Assembly (NCBI GenBank): GCA_963716395.1
Contig: OY970309.1
Coordinates: 32,001 to 96,000, forward strand
Length of the DNA stretch: 64,000 bases
Direction of reading: 5' to 3'
Source: an uncultured Fibrobacteria bacterium
GTDB lineage: Bacteria > Fibrobacterota > Fibrobacteria > UBA11236
Position numbers and translations under genes: made by a program
The notes under the pieces: model-generated
The model's input: the letters and a program-made list of their open reading frames with translations, nothing else
Databases searched by the model: none
Told to the model about the DNA's origin: nothing
In this document: positions 1-10,808 of the stretch, one piece after another
How positions within the stretch are numbered: position 1 is the first letter of the stretch
How the letters are laid out: every line of letters begins with the position of its first letter

Positions 1-2
1 CG

Positions 3-842
3 CGCGGCGCATCTCCGCATACCGTCGCGGCCTATCGCCGCGATCTCACTCCGCTCTTGCGCTATCTCGACGAGCACGGCCAACGCGAAATGGCGGCTGA
101 CGATTTGAATCCTTCGCTGCTGCAGGGATTTTTGCTGGCGCGGGCCGCGACCGGTCTGAAAGCGTCGAGCCAAGGGCGTTGCGTGGCCTGTTTGAAAAGC
201 TTCGGAAATTTTTTGCAGGCCTGCGGCGCGGCGGCGCACAACCCCGCGCGACGTTTGCGCTTTCCCAAAAAGGCCGCGAAGCTGGCTTCGGTGGCGGGCG
301 AAGGACTTTTGGCCGAAGCCTTGCAACCGGATCCCGATTCCGATTCCTTTCTGGAGCGCCGCGATCTGCTGTGCCTGGAATTGTTGTACGGTTCCGGATT
401 GCGCCTGGCCGAAACGCTGGGCCTGAAATGGTCGGATTGCACGGTCGACAGCGTGCGGGTTCTGGGAAAAGGCCGCAAGACCCGTACCGTTCCCATGACG
501 CGAACCGCGGCGGCGGCTCTGGAGGTATATCGCAGCGCCTGCGCGGAAGAGGGTTTAGCGCCCACCGGCCCGTTGCTGGTGAACCGTCGCGGCCGGCCGC
601 TGGGCCGGCGCACTTTACAGCGCCGCGTCGAGGCGCGCTTGCGCGCCCACGGCCGCCACGGCCAGGCTTCGCCCCATATTCTGCGGCATTCCTTCGCCAC
701 TCATTTGCTGGACCAAGGGGCGGATTTGCTGGCCGTGAAAGAGATGCTGGGGCATGCCTCCTTGTCGACCACCCAGAAATACACGCACGTTTCGGTGCAA
801 CGGCTCAAACAGGTGATGGCGCAGGCCCATTCCCGGGCCTGA
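3..842 (+). CDS. xerC: Tyrosine recombinase XerC (5' truncated by window edge)
   Basis: Frame is open from base 3 (RGASPHTVAAYRRDL). Catalytic residues present: GLRLAE, GKGRK, HILRHSFATH, LGH, TTQKY. Confidence 0.88.
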   Translation, partial: RGASPHTVAAYRRDLTPLLRYLDEHGQREMAADDLNPSLLQGFLLARAATGLKASSQGRCVACLKSFGNFLQACGAAAHNPARRLRFPKKAAKLASVAGEGLLAEALQPDPDSDSFLERRDLLCLELLYGSGLRLAETLGLKWSDCTVDSVRVLGKGRKTRTVPMTRTAAAALEVYRSACAEEGLAPTGPLLVNRRGRPLGRRTLQRRVEARLRAHGRHGQASPHILRHSFATHLLDQGADLLAVKEMLGHASLSTTQKYTHVSVQRLKQVMAQAHSRA

Positions 843-857
843 TCATGGGATAATGAA

Positions 858-3149
858 ATGGCCGCGCGCAAACGAGTCAACATGGCCAAGCTGAAAAAAC
901 ACGCCCCCAGCGCCCGCTCCAAGCGGCCGGTCAAAACCGGTTCGGCCAAAACCCGCCCGACCAAATCCGGGGTGGATTCCGCCGCGGTGCGCGCCATGGA
1001 AAATTGGCTGCACGGCAATTTCCGCACCTTGGCCGAGTTGCTCCCCGAACGCCTCATGTTCAAAGACCGGGAAAGTCGCTTTCTCTGGGCCAACCGGGCC
1101 GCTTTGATAATCCTGGGCGCCCGGGATCTTGCCGAGGTCTGCGGGAAAACCGATCACGATTTTTTCCAGGTCGATCACGCCGAGCACGCGCGCGCCGACG
1201 AGCTGGAGGTGCTGACCACGGGCGTCCCCATTCTCGACCGCGTGGAAGAAGATTACGATCGCCACGGCAACAAACACTGGATTCAAACCACCCGCATTCC
1301 CCTGCGCGACCGCCGCCAGCACATCGTCGGCCTGTTCGTAATGGTGCGCGACTTGACCGACCTGAAGCAGGTGCAGGAATCCTACGAGCGCGAGAGTTCG
1401 TTTTTGCGCGCCTTGCTCGACAACATGCCCGACGCGGTGTATTTCAAAGACACGCAAAGCCGATTTCTGCGCGTGAGCAGCTTTATCCACCTGGAAGGCA
1501 TGAAATCCCCCGAAGAGGTGATCGGAAAAACCGACTTCGATTATTTCACCCATGACCATGCCCAGGAAGCCTTCGACGACGAACAGCGCATTATCGCCAC
1601 GCAGCGGCCCCTGATCGACAAAATCGAACGCGAAACCTATCCCAACAAACCCGACACCTGGGTGTCGACCACCAAGGTTCCCATCTTCGACAAGAACGGC
1701 GAGGTGACGGGCATCGTGGGCATCTCGCGCGACGTCACCGAGCGCTTCAAGGCCGAAGAGGCGGTGCGCAAAGCCAAGGAGGAACTCGAGGTGCGGGTGC
1801 AGGAGCGCACCGCGGCGCTGATGGAGGAGATCAAACAGCATTTGCGCACGGAAAAAGCCTTGCGCGAAGGCGAACGCAAGTTGCAGGAATCCAATGCGCG
1901 GCTGGGCACGCGCGTGGAGCAATTGAACTTCCTCAACGCCACGGCGCATCAGCTCACCCACTTCATTTCCCGCGGCGATTTGCTGCCGGCCATCGTCACG
2001 GCCTTTTCCCAAAGCCGCCCCGGAGTCGAAGTCGCGCTGCTCGAACTGATCGACGGCGATTTCAAAGTGCAGGCCTGCACGCCGGGCTTGAGCGCCGGCA
2101 GCGGAAAAATCCATTGCGCATCGTTGGCAACCGTGCTGCACGACGGCAAGAATGAAGCGCAACTGGTTCCCGATCTGCGCGCCGACCCGCGTCTGGCCTC
2201 GCTGGCGTTGCCGGAATATATCGCCTGCCTGCAAATTCCCTTGTGCGTCGAAGATCGCGCCGTGGCCCAGATTCAGATTTTCGGGGACCTTGAATTCGCC
2301 CTGTGGTATGCGCAGGAAAACGTGGTGATTCAAACCCTGGCGGCGCAGGCGGCGGTCAGCCTTTCCAACGCCAACAATTTCCTCAGCCTGGAAGCGCGCG
2401 CCCGCGTCGAAAGCGAACTGGCCGTGGCGCAGAATATCCAAAAGCGCTTTACGCCCGTGCATAACCCCGCCATTCCCCGCGTCTCCATGAAGGGCGTTTA
2501 CTTTCCCGCCTACGAAGTGGGCGGCGATTATCTCGATTATTTCCGCACCGACCGTGGCGACTGGGTCATCGTGATCGCCGACGTAAGCGGCAAGGGCATT
2601 CCCGCCGCTTTGGTCATGACCATGCTGCGCAGCACCATCCGCGCCGAAGCGCGCTATGAGAAAACCGCCAAGCGCCTGTTGTGCTCGGTCAACGACATGA
2701 TGGCCAAGGATCTGGACGATCGCTCCTTCATCACCGCTTCGTGCTTGGTGATCAACGCCGAAGGCACGCACATGACCTATGCGCGCGCCGGGCATCCCCC
2801 GCTGCTCGTGCGCCATGCGCACAACGGACGCCAACCCATTCCCTTAAGCCCGCGCGGCCTGGCCCTGGGCATGGCCGACAGCGGTGTGTTCGCCGACTTA
2901 CTGGAAGAGATCGACGTGCCGTTGCAGGCCGGCGACGCCTTCGTGCTTTACACCGACGGCTTGACCGAAGCCATGAACCCGGAACGCAGCATGTACGGCA
3001 CGCGGCGGTTACAGTCGTTGCTGGCGCGCGAAGCCTCGGTTTCGCCGGAAATTCTGGTGCGCCATATTCTGGACGACGTGCGCGATTTCACCCGGAATGC
3101 GCCCTCGCACGACGACTTGACCATGCTGGTATTCGAAGTCGAGAAGTAG
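858..3149 (+). CDS. PAS/PAC + GAF-like + PP2C (SpoIIE/RsbU-type) serine phosphatase
   Basis: Two PAS repeats (FKDRESRF...GKTDHDFF; YFKDTQSRF...GKTDFDYF) and a coiled coil. PP2C motifs EVGGDYLD, IADVSGKGIPAAL, LYTDGLTEA, DDLT. Confidence 0.9.
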   Translation: MAARKRVNMAKLKKHAPSARSKRPVKTGSAKTRPTKSGVDSAAVRAMENWLHGNFRTLAELLPERLMFKDRESRFLWANRAALIILGARDLAEVCGKTDHDFFQVDHAEHARADELEVLTTGVPILDRVEEDYDRHGNKHWIQTTRIPLRDRRQHIVGLFVMVRDLTDLKQVQESYERESSFLRALLDNMPDAVYFKDTQSRFLRVSSFIHLEGMKSPEEVIGKTDFDYFTHDHAQEAFDDEQRIIATQRPLIDKIERETYPNKPDTWVSTTKVPIFDKNGEVTGIVGISRDVTERFKAEEAVRKAKEELEVRVQERTAALMEEIKQHLRTEKALREGERKLQESNARLGTRVEQLNFLNATAHQLTHFISRGDLLPAIVTAFSQSRPGVEVALLELIDGDFKVQACTPGLSAGSGKIHCASLATVLHDGKNEAQLVPDLRADPRLASLALPEYIACLQIPLCVEDRAVAQIQIFGDLEFALWYAQENVVIQTLAAQAAVSLSNANNFLSLEARARVESELAVAQNIQKRFTPVHNPAIPRVSMKGVYFPAYEVGGDYLDYFRTDRGDWVIVIADVSGKGIPAALVMTMLRSTIRAEARYEKTAKRLLCSVNDMMAKDLDDRSFITASCLVINAEGTHMTYARAGHPPLLVRHAHNGRQPIPLSPRGLALGMADSGVFADLLEEIDVPLQAGDAFVLYTDGLTEAMNPERSMYGTRRLQSLLAREASVSPEILVRHILDDVRDFTRNAPSHDDLTMLVFEVEK

Positions 3150-3198
3150 CGGCGGCCGCGCCCAGGCCGCACTCCGGCGGCCGCAGGCGGCCGAGGTT

Positions 3199-4314
3199 TC
3201 ACAGGCGGACGGTTTCCCCCAGTTCGCAAGAACGCTGCGCGGCCAGCACGATGCGCAAACTCTCGCGGGCGCTGCGATGGTTGGCGCGCAAGTCGGCACG
3301 CCCGGAAATCGCCTCCCGGAAAAAACCCTGCGCCCGCGCGCACAGCGCGGATAAAGAAGGCTCTTCGGGAATCGTCCAGCTTTCCTCGACCCGCCGGCCC
3401 GATCCGTCCGTGTCGATGCGGTGCCGCACCAAAGTCGAAGCGCTGCCGTCGGGACTCCGCAGCAGGCTGACCGCACCCCGCGGACCCGTGGCCTCCTGGA
3501 GCCGGCGCAGGCCCGAACCGATCATGGGGCCCCAACCCGATTCAAACCAGCCCACCGACCCATCGGCGAACACGATTTGCACTTGGCCGTAATTATCATG
3601 CCGGAGACTTTCGTCTAGGCGGGCACCCACGGCATGCACCCGCAGCGGCGCGGCGCCCGTAAGCCGACCCATGAGGTCGACGTAATGCACGCCGCAATCG
3701 ACCAGCGAAGAAGCCGAGGCCAACAGACGCCGATGCCTTTCCCAATCCGGGCCTGCGCTGGGTTGATTCACGGCCATGCGCATCACCAACGGCCGGCCCA
3801 ACGCTTCGCCCAGTTCCAGAAATTTCTGTTGCGCGGGATGGTGGTGCAGCAGATACCCCACCATCAACTGACGCCCGACTTCGCCCGCCGCGACCAAAAC
3901 GTCTTCCGCTGCGCGCAGGGTCAAGGCCAGGGGTTTTTCCACATAGACATGCGCCCCGGCGCGCAAGGCGCGCAGGGCCAACTCGGCATGGGTGTCGGAA
4001 TGGGTGCTGATGCACACGGCGTCGGGCCGCGTTACCCGCAGCGCGGTCTCCAGGTCGTCGAACAAGGCCGGGGCGCCGCCCAGCCGCCGCGCCAGGCGTT
4101 CGCGGCTGCCGTCTTTGCGGCTGACGAGGCCGGCGATGCGAAAGCCCGCGCTCTCATTCTGAAACGCCAGGGCGTGGGCCGTGCCCATGCGTCCGCAGCC
4201 GACCAGCAAGACGCGCAGGTCGGGGATGCCGACCGCTGGTGCGGCCCCGAACGCATGATCCTCCGAGGATGGTAGTGGTGCCGCGGCGTTTTGATTCAGG
4301 GGTGAGTTCTCCAT
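3199..4314 (-). CDS. Gfo/Idh/MocA family oxidoreductase
   Basis: Rossmann motif VGCGRMG, HVYVEKPLA, DCGVHYVD. Start codon uncertain. Confidence 0.88.
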   Translation of the reverse strand: MENSPLNQNAAAPLPSSEDHAFGAAPAVGIPDLRVLLVGCGRMGTAHALAFQNESAGFRIAGLVSRKDGSRERLARRLGGAPALFDDLETALRVTRPDAVCISTHSDTHAELALRALRAGAHVYVEKPLALTLRAAEDVLVAAGEVGRQLMVGYLLHHHPAQQKFLELGEALGRPLVMRMAVNQPSAGPDWERHRRLLASASSLVDCGVHYVDLMGRLTGAAPLRVHAVGARLDESLRHDNYGQVQIVFADGSVGWFESGWGPMIGSGLRRLQEATGPRGAVSLLRSPDGSASTLVRHRIDTDGSGRRVEESWTIPEEPSLSALCARAQGFFREAISGRADLRANHRSARESLRIVLAAQRSCELGETVRL

Positions 4315-4468
4315 CGGAAAAGCGGCGAACTTCAGCCCTTCAAAAGATAGCCGTGCGGCGGCCACCCGATTCCGTTCGCTGCGCGGAACTGCAACGATAT
4401 TACGGGAATGATTCTGCGAATGCTTTTCGGCTCAACGCGGATGGCATCGCATCCGCCCGTGCCGGAGC

Positions 4469-6187
4469 TTACTCCGGAATCCAGCGATACTGCAAGGCCC
4501 CGTGCTGCATGCTGGCCGGGAAGGAGAAGGATTCGCCGGGCCGCAAATTCCGTTTTTCCCAAACCTTGCGCCCCATCAAATCGAACACTTCGAAGGCCTG
4601 CATGCCGCTGGGCACCAGCACCGGAGCGTTCGCGCCCAGGTTCACCACCCAACCCGTGGGCCGGGTCACGTAATGCGTGGCGGGATTGAGGTACAGACCG
4701 GTGGGGGTTTCGAGTTTGGGCGTGGCCGGATGGCAGGTCCCGGTATAGGTGATCTTGACGATGCTGGTGTTCTGATCGAAGGCGAAGTAACCGGCGCTGC
4801 CGTAATTGATAACGTACATGGCGCCATCCGGACCCATTTGCACGTCGAGGGGTGCGTAAAAATTGAAATTGGAAAAAATGCGCTGCGCGCTACCGATCAA
4901 ACTCTGGCCGGTGCTGTCGGGCGTCAGCACCTGCATCTGGCTGCTGCTCCAGTCGGCGACGAACCACTTACGCGTAAAATGCGGGGGAAATTTGATGGAA
5001 TCTTGCAAATCGCCGTCATAGCGGTAGAGCGGGCCGGTGATGGCGCAGGATTGGTTGTACCCGTAAATGGCGGGCTGGGCCGGCGGCAGAGTGGGCAGGC
5101 CCGTATTCCATTTCGAAGTGTTGGTCGGCGCGGCCGGATTTTTATTTCCGGCCAGTACGATATTGTTGCCCGAGGGGTCGCGGCCCGCGAAATACGGCCA
5201 GCCCATGAAACCGGGCTTGGTGGCCAAATCATATTCCTCGGTATGGGTGCCATATCCATCCGGGCCCACGTCGCCCCACAACACCCAGCGCCGCACGGGA
5301 TCGAGCTGCAGGCTGTAGGGATTGCGCTCGCCTTTGAGATAAACTTCGGGCGCGACCTTGCTGGTGTCGGCGTATTGCGTATTGCCCGTTTGCTGATAGA
5401 AGTAGTCGCCGAAATTTCCCGGCGGAATGCTGTAGCCTCTGGCCGAGCTGTCGGGGTGGATACGCAAAATGCTGCCGCGCAGACCATGCGTATCGCTGGC
5501 GCCCCACTCTTCGCTTTCATCTTTATCGGATTCATTGATGCCCTGGCTGGTGCCGCCGTCGGTGCCGGTATTGGCGCCCACGCCGATCCACAAGTCGCCG
5601 TAGTCGTCGAAGGCCATGGCACCGCCCGTGTGGCAGCAATATTCGCGCTGCTCCGGAATTTCCAAAATGATTTTTTCCGCCCCCAAGGTGTTGTTCGCCA
5701 AGGTGAAGCGCGAGATGCGGAACACGGATTTGGCCGCGGGAGAGTAATACACGTACACATAGCCATTGGTTTTGAAATTGGGATCCAGGGCGATGCCGGT
5801 GGCGCCATCCTCGAGGTTGCTGTTGATGCTGCCGCTGCCGGTCAAAGGACCGCGGAACGTGGGCAAGGTGATGAGGGTTTGCACGGTGTTGGAGGCTGCC
5901 AGATACCGTTTGACGTCGCCGGCAACCGTGGTCATGGTGCCTGTGCCGTGGCCCCGTTCCACATAATAGATGTCGACATGTCCCTGCGCGTCCATATCGA
6001 AGGCCATGTGAATCGGTTCGGCCAGATTCGCGTCCGGCGGCGAACCGTTGCGGATCAAAGTGGTCATTTTAAAATCGTTTTGGGTGACATCGGGGCAACC
6101 GGTCCAAGTCCAGGTTTGGGCGTGCACCGAGGCAGCCAATCCACAACCCAAGATCAGGGCGCCCAGCTTGAATTTGATCTGCATCAT
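4469..6187 (-). CDS. Secreted PQQ-dependent glucose/sorbosone dehydrogenase-like beta-propeller protein with short C-terminal tail
   Basis: GGAGG RBS and signal peptide (..ASVHA/Q). Motifs GIALDPNF, CCHTGG, GERNPY, WGDVGPD, GWPYF; tail VFDLMGRKVW. Confidence 0.8.
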   Translation of the reverse strand: MMQIKFKLGALILGCGLAASVHAQTWTWTGCPDVTQNDFKMTTLIRNGSPPDANLAEPIHMAFDMDAQGHVDIYYVERGHGTGTMTTVAGDVKRYLAASNTVQTLITLPTFRGPLTGSGSINSNLEDGATGIALDPNFKTNGYVYVYYSPAAKSVFRISRFTLANNTLGAEKIILEIPEQREYCCHTGGAMAFDDYGDLWIGVGANTGTDGGTSQGINESDKDESEEWGASDTHGLRGSILRIHPDSSARGYSIPPGNFGDYFYQQTGNTQYADTSKVAPEVYLKGERNPYSLQLDPVRRWVLWGDVGPDGYGTHTEEYDLATKPGFMGWPYFAGRDPSGNNIVLAGNKNPAAPTNTSKWNTGLPTLPPAQPAIYGYNQSCAITGPLYRYDGDLQDSIKFPPHFTRKWFVADWSSSQMQVLTPDSTGQSLIGSAQRIFSNFNFYAPLDVQMGPDGAMYVINYGSAGYFAFDQNTSIVKITYTGTCHPATPKLETPTGLYLNPATHYVTRPTGWVVNLGANAPVLVPSGMQAFEVFDLMGRKVWEKRNLRPGESFSFPASMQHGALQYRWIPE

Positions 6188-6331
6188 GGCCTCCATCCCT
6201 TATTGGTTGCGCATTATCCCTTCCCGGTTTGGAACCTGGCATCGAGGGTAAAAATGGGCGGCCCCGTGTTTGCATCGGAGCCTTTGGGATTGTCATCCGC
6301 TTCGGCCGCGTCAGCCGACTCAGCCTTCGCG

Positions 6332-6432
6332 GTTCGACATCCCTCGGCAGGCTCGGGAACCAAGCTCACCGGCCGATAAGGGGTCGGCAGATAACGTTCG
6401 GCATTCCTCAGCAGGCGTCGGGACCGGGCTCA
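6332..6432. repeat. Two imperfect ~37-bp direct repeats with internal palindromes (REP-like)
   Basis: gttcgacatccctcggcaggctcgggaaccaagctca (6332-6368) vs gttcggcattcctcagcaggcgtcgggaccgggctca (6396-6432), in an intergenic region. Confidence 0.5.
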
Positions 6433-6496
6433 GGCTTCGTCGGCCGGGGGCCCGAGCATAACTGAGCTTGACTGAACTTGAATTCGTTACGCGAAA

Positions 6497-9400
6497 TTAC
6501 CGCGACAGCACCAGGATATTTCTGAGCGAAGTTTGCTGTCCCGGTCCGGGCGCGCCGTTGGCCGCATCCCAACTGGCGGTGACGCTGTAGAAATACACCC
6601 CGTTGGCCAGGCGCTGGCCCCAGGCGTCGGTGCCATTCCAGGGCAAACCGTCCGAGGGCGCGTTGGGAAACTCGCGCACCAGATGGCCGTTCTGATCGAA
6701 GATGCGCAGATCGAAGGTGACGCGATCGACATTGGCCGCGGTCAAGGCCTGGCCCTGATCCTGCGGCAGGGTGGTCGAGAAATAAAACACCGTGCCGCTG
6801 CGCTTCACGGGATTGGGGGCGTTGAACACCTTGACGAAGCGCAGCACCGAATCGGCCGTAACTTCGAGGTTCACCTGGCGCTGGCTCAGGTTGCCGAAGC
6901 CATCGCGCGCCGTGACCTTGAGCAGATGATCGCCCGGCGTCATTTCGTTCTGCAGCAAAGAGACCTGAAAGGTTTTCTGATACAGGCCGTCCAGCGTGGG
7001 GTTGGGATGGTAAGGGTCGAAGGCTCCGACCAACTCCACCGTGGTGCCTTCGTCGGGCCCGTCGCCCGACATCACGCCGCCGCTATCCGACACTTCGATT
7101 TGCAGGCAATAGGGCAGCGAGATCTTCACCTGCGCGGGAAAATCCACGTCGCCGCTTTCCTTGGTATTGCAGCCGGTGAGGATGATGGCGGGGCCGGTGG
7201 AACTTTGGCTTACGGCGCAGGCCGTGCTTCCCGCAGCCGTGCCCAGAATATGCAGGCCGGTGACGGCGCGGCTGGCTTCGAGCGGCTGCTGGGCGTCCCA
7301 GGCGAACACCTGCAATTTGGCGGCCGAGTCGCCGAAGGGCACCTGCTTGGGCAGGAGAAAATCCATGGAAAAGGCGTGGTTTTGATAGGCCACCGTGCGC
7401 TCGAACAGAATCGGGCCATGCTTGATCTCATACTGGGTTGTAACACCGGGATTGGGGAACGAGTCGAGAATGTCGGAACCGACGAGGCGCAGATGCACAA
7501 AACCGCTGCCGCTGCCGCCCTGGATGGTGCCGGTGAAAGAACCGCATTCCAAAGCCTGCAAGGTATCGGGTACGTTACCCAAGGTGATTCCCAAGGGGTT
7601 TCGATGCAGCAGCAGGGCCGGATCGCCGAGGAGGCCGTACTTCTGCTGATTTTCATACAGCCCGGGCCCCACATAATTCTTCGCCTGCTGCAGCGCCATG
7701 CCGATGGAGGTTACCGCCGTGGCCGTGTCTGGCGGGAACACCCGCGCCAACCAGGCTGCGGCTAAATTCTCGTTATCGCCGGGATAGGATTCGCGGGTGG
7801 CGCCCAGGCCGGCGATGGCGCCATCGTCTTTTTGCCGCACGAATTGCTCGTTCATGCCGTCGTCGAGGATTTTGTCGAAGCGGCCCACGGTGCAACTGAA
7901 CTCGGCCACCATGAAGGGCATGCCGCTGTTGTGCATGCGCGAGAGGGCGTCGTTGGTTTGCAGCAGCACTTCGTCGGTCCACTGGTTGTAAGCGCCATGG
8001 CCCATGAAGGTGACGAGCAGCGAACCCTGGTTCATCCAGTCGATCAGCGTCTGGGTGGCTTCGGGCTTGAGCTGCGCGGCGTTGAAGGGGTAATCCAATT
8101 CGTACACCTTCTCTGCACGGATTCCCGGTTCGGCGGTGGAAACCGTGCGCGCCAAATCTTCGCTTTGATTGGTGTGGTTCGGCACGGGATCCGCCTGTCC
8201 GCGTTGGGTCACATCGTCGGCGGTCAGGGTGATGCGGCCCCGCCAATCGCCACTCGTGCCGGGATCTTCATAGGCCGAGAGCTTGTTCACATAGGCCTGG
8301 GCCTGATCGGCGGTTTGCACGGAAATGCGCCCCAAAGCCACGTCCAGCATGCCGTTGCTCCACTGCGCCGACGGGTCCAACACACCGTAATAATTGTCGG
8401 TGCACATGGGGTTCGACCAGGGACTGGTATAGGTGGTTTCCAGAGGGTCGCGATTGAAAGGCGGAATGAAATTCGGCAGCGAGTTGGTGAGCGAAGCATT
8501 GCGGATGTTGCGGTAGTCGTAATGGCCGTCGCCGAACAGCACCACGTATTGCAGGTTGCCCGGCCCGCCCGACGCGCCCCAATGCCACAGCGCCCAGGCC
8601 AGAAGATCGCGGATAGCCGACGGCGACAGCCGTCCGCTCGACCAGTCGCGGTAGATGTCTTCGGTGCGCACCACCGCTGTGACATAGGGCTCGGGACGTT
8701 TGGAATCGGAGCGGTAGGCAGCCAAGGCCAAGGCCTGCGTTAGCAGCGCCTGCGGCGCCACGATCAGATATTGCGGATTGATGCCATCGCCGGTCCAAAG
8801 GTTCTGGATCACGCCGCTATTCGTCGGCTGCGCATCCACCGCCAAATCGGTATCCCCCACCGTTCTTGGGCTCTGGTACAAGTAGTAGAAGACATCGGCG
8901 CCTGCGCTGTCGCTGAAAATCCCGTCGCTCCCGGAGTTTTGTACGAGCAACCATTTGCTCGCCACCCCGTTCTCGATTTTCAAACATTGCACTCCGGCCC
9001 CGCTCTGCACCTGATACGCGATGCGCCGGCCCGTGGCCGCCGGAAACACGCAGCGGCTTTGATTCGACCAAGCCACCTGGCGCAGGTAACGCACGGTATA
9101 CCCGTCGAAGCGTTCATTGGCACCGCTCCAGACCACGCTGTCCAGGCCTAATTGGTTTCCGCTATTCCCGCTTAATGGAGGTTCGATGGACCAGACGCCG
9201 GGTATTCCCGGCGTCGTGTCCTGAGGCAATAGTTTTCCCCGGCTCCAGATTTGAAAAGCGCTTTGCTGCGCCGTGAAAGCAAACATGCCGATCCGCACCG
9301 AATCGCCCGCATAGCCCGGCAGCGAATCCACCGTGGCGCTGGACAGTTGACCCGCGGTCAGGGTCAAAGCCGGCGGAGGCGAGGTGGTGCAGTTGCCCCG

Positions 9401-10624
9401 CCAAAACCAGTACCATTCGAATCCGGTTTCATCATCGACCCGGCCCGAGGGGTCGCATGAGCCCGTGGCCACGTCGCGTTCGGCATGCAGATAAAACGGC
9501 GCCGTGCTTACCGGGCTGCCCGGGGCCGGCGTCGAATCCACCGCCAGGCGCAAGGGCGGCGTCGCGCCCACCCCGCCTCCGCTCCAATCCAGGTAGTAGT
9601 AGTTGTCGAACGAGTACGGGTTGATGCTGAACTGCCATTGCACCGCCCCCTGCGCCCCGGAGATGGGTTCCCACACGCTCGTGCCGTGGCCGTAAAACAC
9701 GATGCGGTCGCCGGCGTCAAAGGTGCCGTTGCGGTTGTTGTCGTCCACTTCGATGGGGATTTCACGCAAGGTGGGCGGCAGCGCCGTGCTGTCCATGTCG
9801 GTGCGCAAGGTGTCGTTCGGGCCCGCATACAGGCGCAAATTGTCGATGCGAACACCGACTAATTGTTGCGGCAGGGCAGCCGCCGCGGTCTCATAGCTCA
9901 AGGCGTACATCCCGTCTTCGCCCACACCGTCGATTTGCTTGTCGCCGACATGGATCTTGAGCAGCACATTGCCCAGGGTGTATTGCGCCCGCGCCGATTT
10001 GGGCAGGGCCTGGGGTCGCGGGAAGGCCGTCAAGTACGCCCCGCCCACGGGGTTTTTCACCCCGGCTTTTTGCAGCCACGCCTCCACCCCGGCATGGGGC
10101 CGCGCCCCCGCGCCGGAAAAACTCACGCGCACCCGAAAGCGCCGGAGCAAATGCACCGAGTTGCCGTCATAGGTGCCCAGGGAAACGCCCACGTTACGCA
10201 GGAGCAGGCCGCGGTAATGCAACAGCGAAGACACTTGGGTCTGCAAATTGCCCGCCGCGGAAAAAAGCGACGCGTCTTTGGCAGCCTCAGGCTTTTGCGG
10301 CGTGAGCCAATGCGGCACCCCGGCCAGGCCGCCGGGAACGGGCAGATCCGTCCACGCTTCGGGTTCGATGGATACCGCGGGAGCGTTTGGGCCCCCGGCC
10401 ACCTCGAAACGGTACCAGGGCAGATCCGGCGCCCCGGTTTGCTCCGCGTTGGGAAAGCCCCCGGCCAGCACACGCTGCCCACCCAGCCCCGTCACCAGAT
10501 GGTATTCCGGTACCGTAACCTCCAACACCAATTGCGACGGACTATCCGTCAACACGCTCTCATGCCCGACGACCGGATACGCTCCGGCCATGAGAACAAT
10601 TCCCAAAACTTTTTTGCCGGGCAC
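6497..10624 (-). CDS. porU: C25 (gingipain-family) cysteine peptidase, PorU type IX secretion sortase-like, with C-terminal FlgD-like Ig domain
   Basis: YVVLFGDGHYDYRN, VALGRISV, catalytic FMGHG and FSCTVGRFD, YGLLGDPAL; C-terminal NAPNP...WNGTDAWGQRLANGVYFY. Confidence 0.78.
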   Translation of the reverse strand: MPGKKVLGIVLMAGAYPVVGHESVLTDSPSQLVLEVTVPEYHLVTGLGGQRVLAGGFPNAEQTGAPDLPWYRFEVAGGPNAPAVSIEPEAWTDLPVPGGLAGVPHWLTPQKPEAAKDASLFSAAGNLQTQVSSLLHYRGLLLRNVGVSLGTYDGNSVHLLRRFRVRVSFSGAGARPHAGVEAWLQKAGVKNPVGGAYLTAFPRPQALPKSARAQYTLGNVLLKIHVGDKQIDGVGEDGMYALSYETAAAALPQQLVGVRIDNLRLYAGPNDTLRTDMDSTALPPTLREIPIEVDDNNRNGTFDAGDRIVFYGHGTSVWEPISGAQGAVQWQFSINPYSFDNYYYLDWSGGGVGATPPLRLAVDSTPAPGSPVSTAPFYLHAERDVATGSCDPSGRVDDETGFEWYWFWRGNCTTSPPPALTLTAGQLSSATVDSLPGYAGDSVRIGMFAFTAQQSAFQIWSRGKLLPQDTTPGIPGVWSIEPPLSGNSGNQLGLDSVVWSGANERFDGYTVRYLRQVAWSNQSRCVFPAATGRRIAYQVQSGAGVQCLKIENGVASKWLLVQNSGSDGIFSDSAGADVFYYLYQSPRTVGDTDLAVDAQPTNSGVIQNLWTGDGINPQYLIVAPQALLTQALALAAYRSDSKRPEPYVTAVVRTEDIYRDWSSGRLSPSAIRDLLAWALWHWGASGGPGNLQYVVLFGDGHYDYRNIRNASLTNSLPNFIPPFNRDPLETTYTSPWSNPMCTDNYYGVLDPSAQWSNGMLDVALGRISVQTADQAQAYVNKLSAYEDPGTSGDWRGRITLTADDVTQRGQADPVPNHTNQSEDLARTVSTAEPGIRAEKVYELDYPFNAAQLKPEATQTLIDWMNQGSLLVTFMGHGAYNQWTDEVLLQTNDALSRMHNSGMPFMVAEFSCTVGRFDKILDDGMNEQFVRQKDDGAIAGLGATRESYPGDNENLAAAWLARVFPPDTATAVTSIGMALQQAKNYVGPGLYENQQKYGLLGDPALLLHRNPLGITLGNVPDTLQALECGSFTGTIQGGSGSGFVHLRLVGSDILDSFPNPGVTTQYEIKHGPILFERTVAYQNHAFSMDFLLPKQVPFGDSAAKLQVFAWDAQQPLEASRAVTGLHILGTAAGSTACAVSQSSTGPAIILTGCNTKESGDVDFPAQVKISLPYCLQIEVSDSGGVMSGDGPDEGTTVELVGAFDPYHPNPTLDGLYQKTFQVSLLQNEMTPGDHLLKVTARDGFGNLSQRQVNLEVTADSVLRFVKVFNAPNPVKRSGTVFYFSTTLPQDQGQALTAANVDRVTFDLRIFDQNGHLVREFPNAPSDGLPWNGTDAWGQRLANGVYFYSVTASWDAANGAPGPGQQTSLRNILVLSR

Positions 10625-10707
10625 CGGGGCAAGTTACAAAGGTGGTTCGTCGATTTCCCGCGCGAAAACCGACCGCTACCGCAGCCACGAGGAAATGGCG
10701 CTCTTCG

Positions 10708-10743
10708 AAAAAAAAACGCAACCGGGAATTCACCCGGTTGCGT
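10708..10743 (-). terminator. Intrinsic terminator downstream of rpsA
   Basis: 11-bp stem ACGCAACCGGG/CCCGGTTGCGT with a 6-nt loop, followed by a U-run on the minus strand (A9 at 10708-10716). Confidence 0.88.
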
Positions 10744-10808
10744 CGCTGCGAACCCTGATCAGAGCAAGCGGCCTGTTTGCTTATCGCGCTTGCCTCGCTT
10801 AACTCGCT

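Noticed and set aside
3-842. Tyrosine recombinase as a prophage or island integrase
   Set aside because: Motifs fit housekeeping XerC, composition is host-like, and there are no adjacent mobile genes.
6325-6400. GGTTCGAC as a tRNA T-loop, and GCCGATAA at 6372 as a sigma-28 -10 box
   Set aside because: No cloverleaf can be formed, there is no TAAA/TCAA at the right spacing, and no gene lies downstream on that strand.
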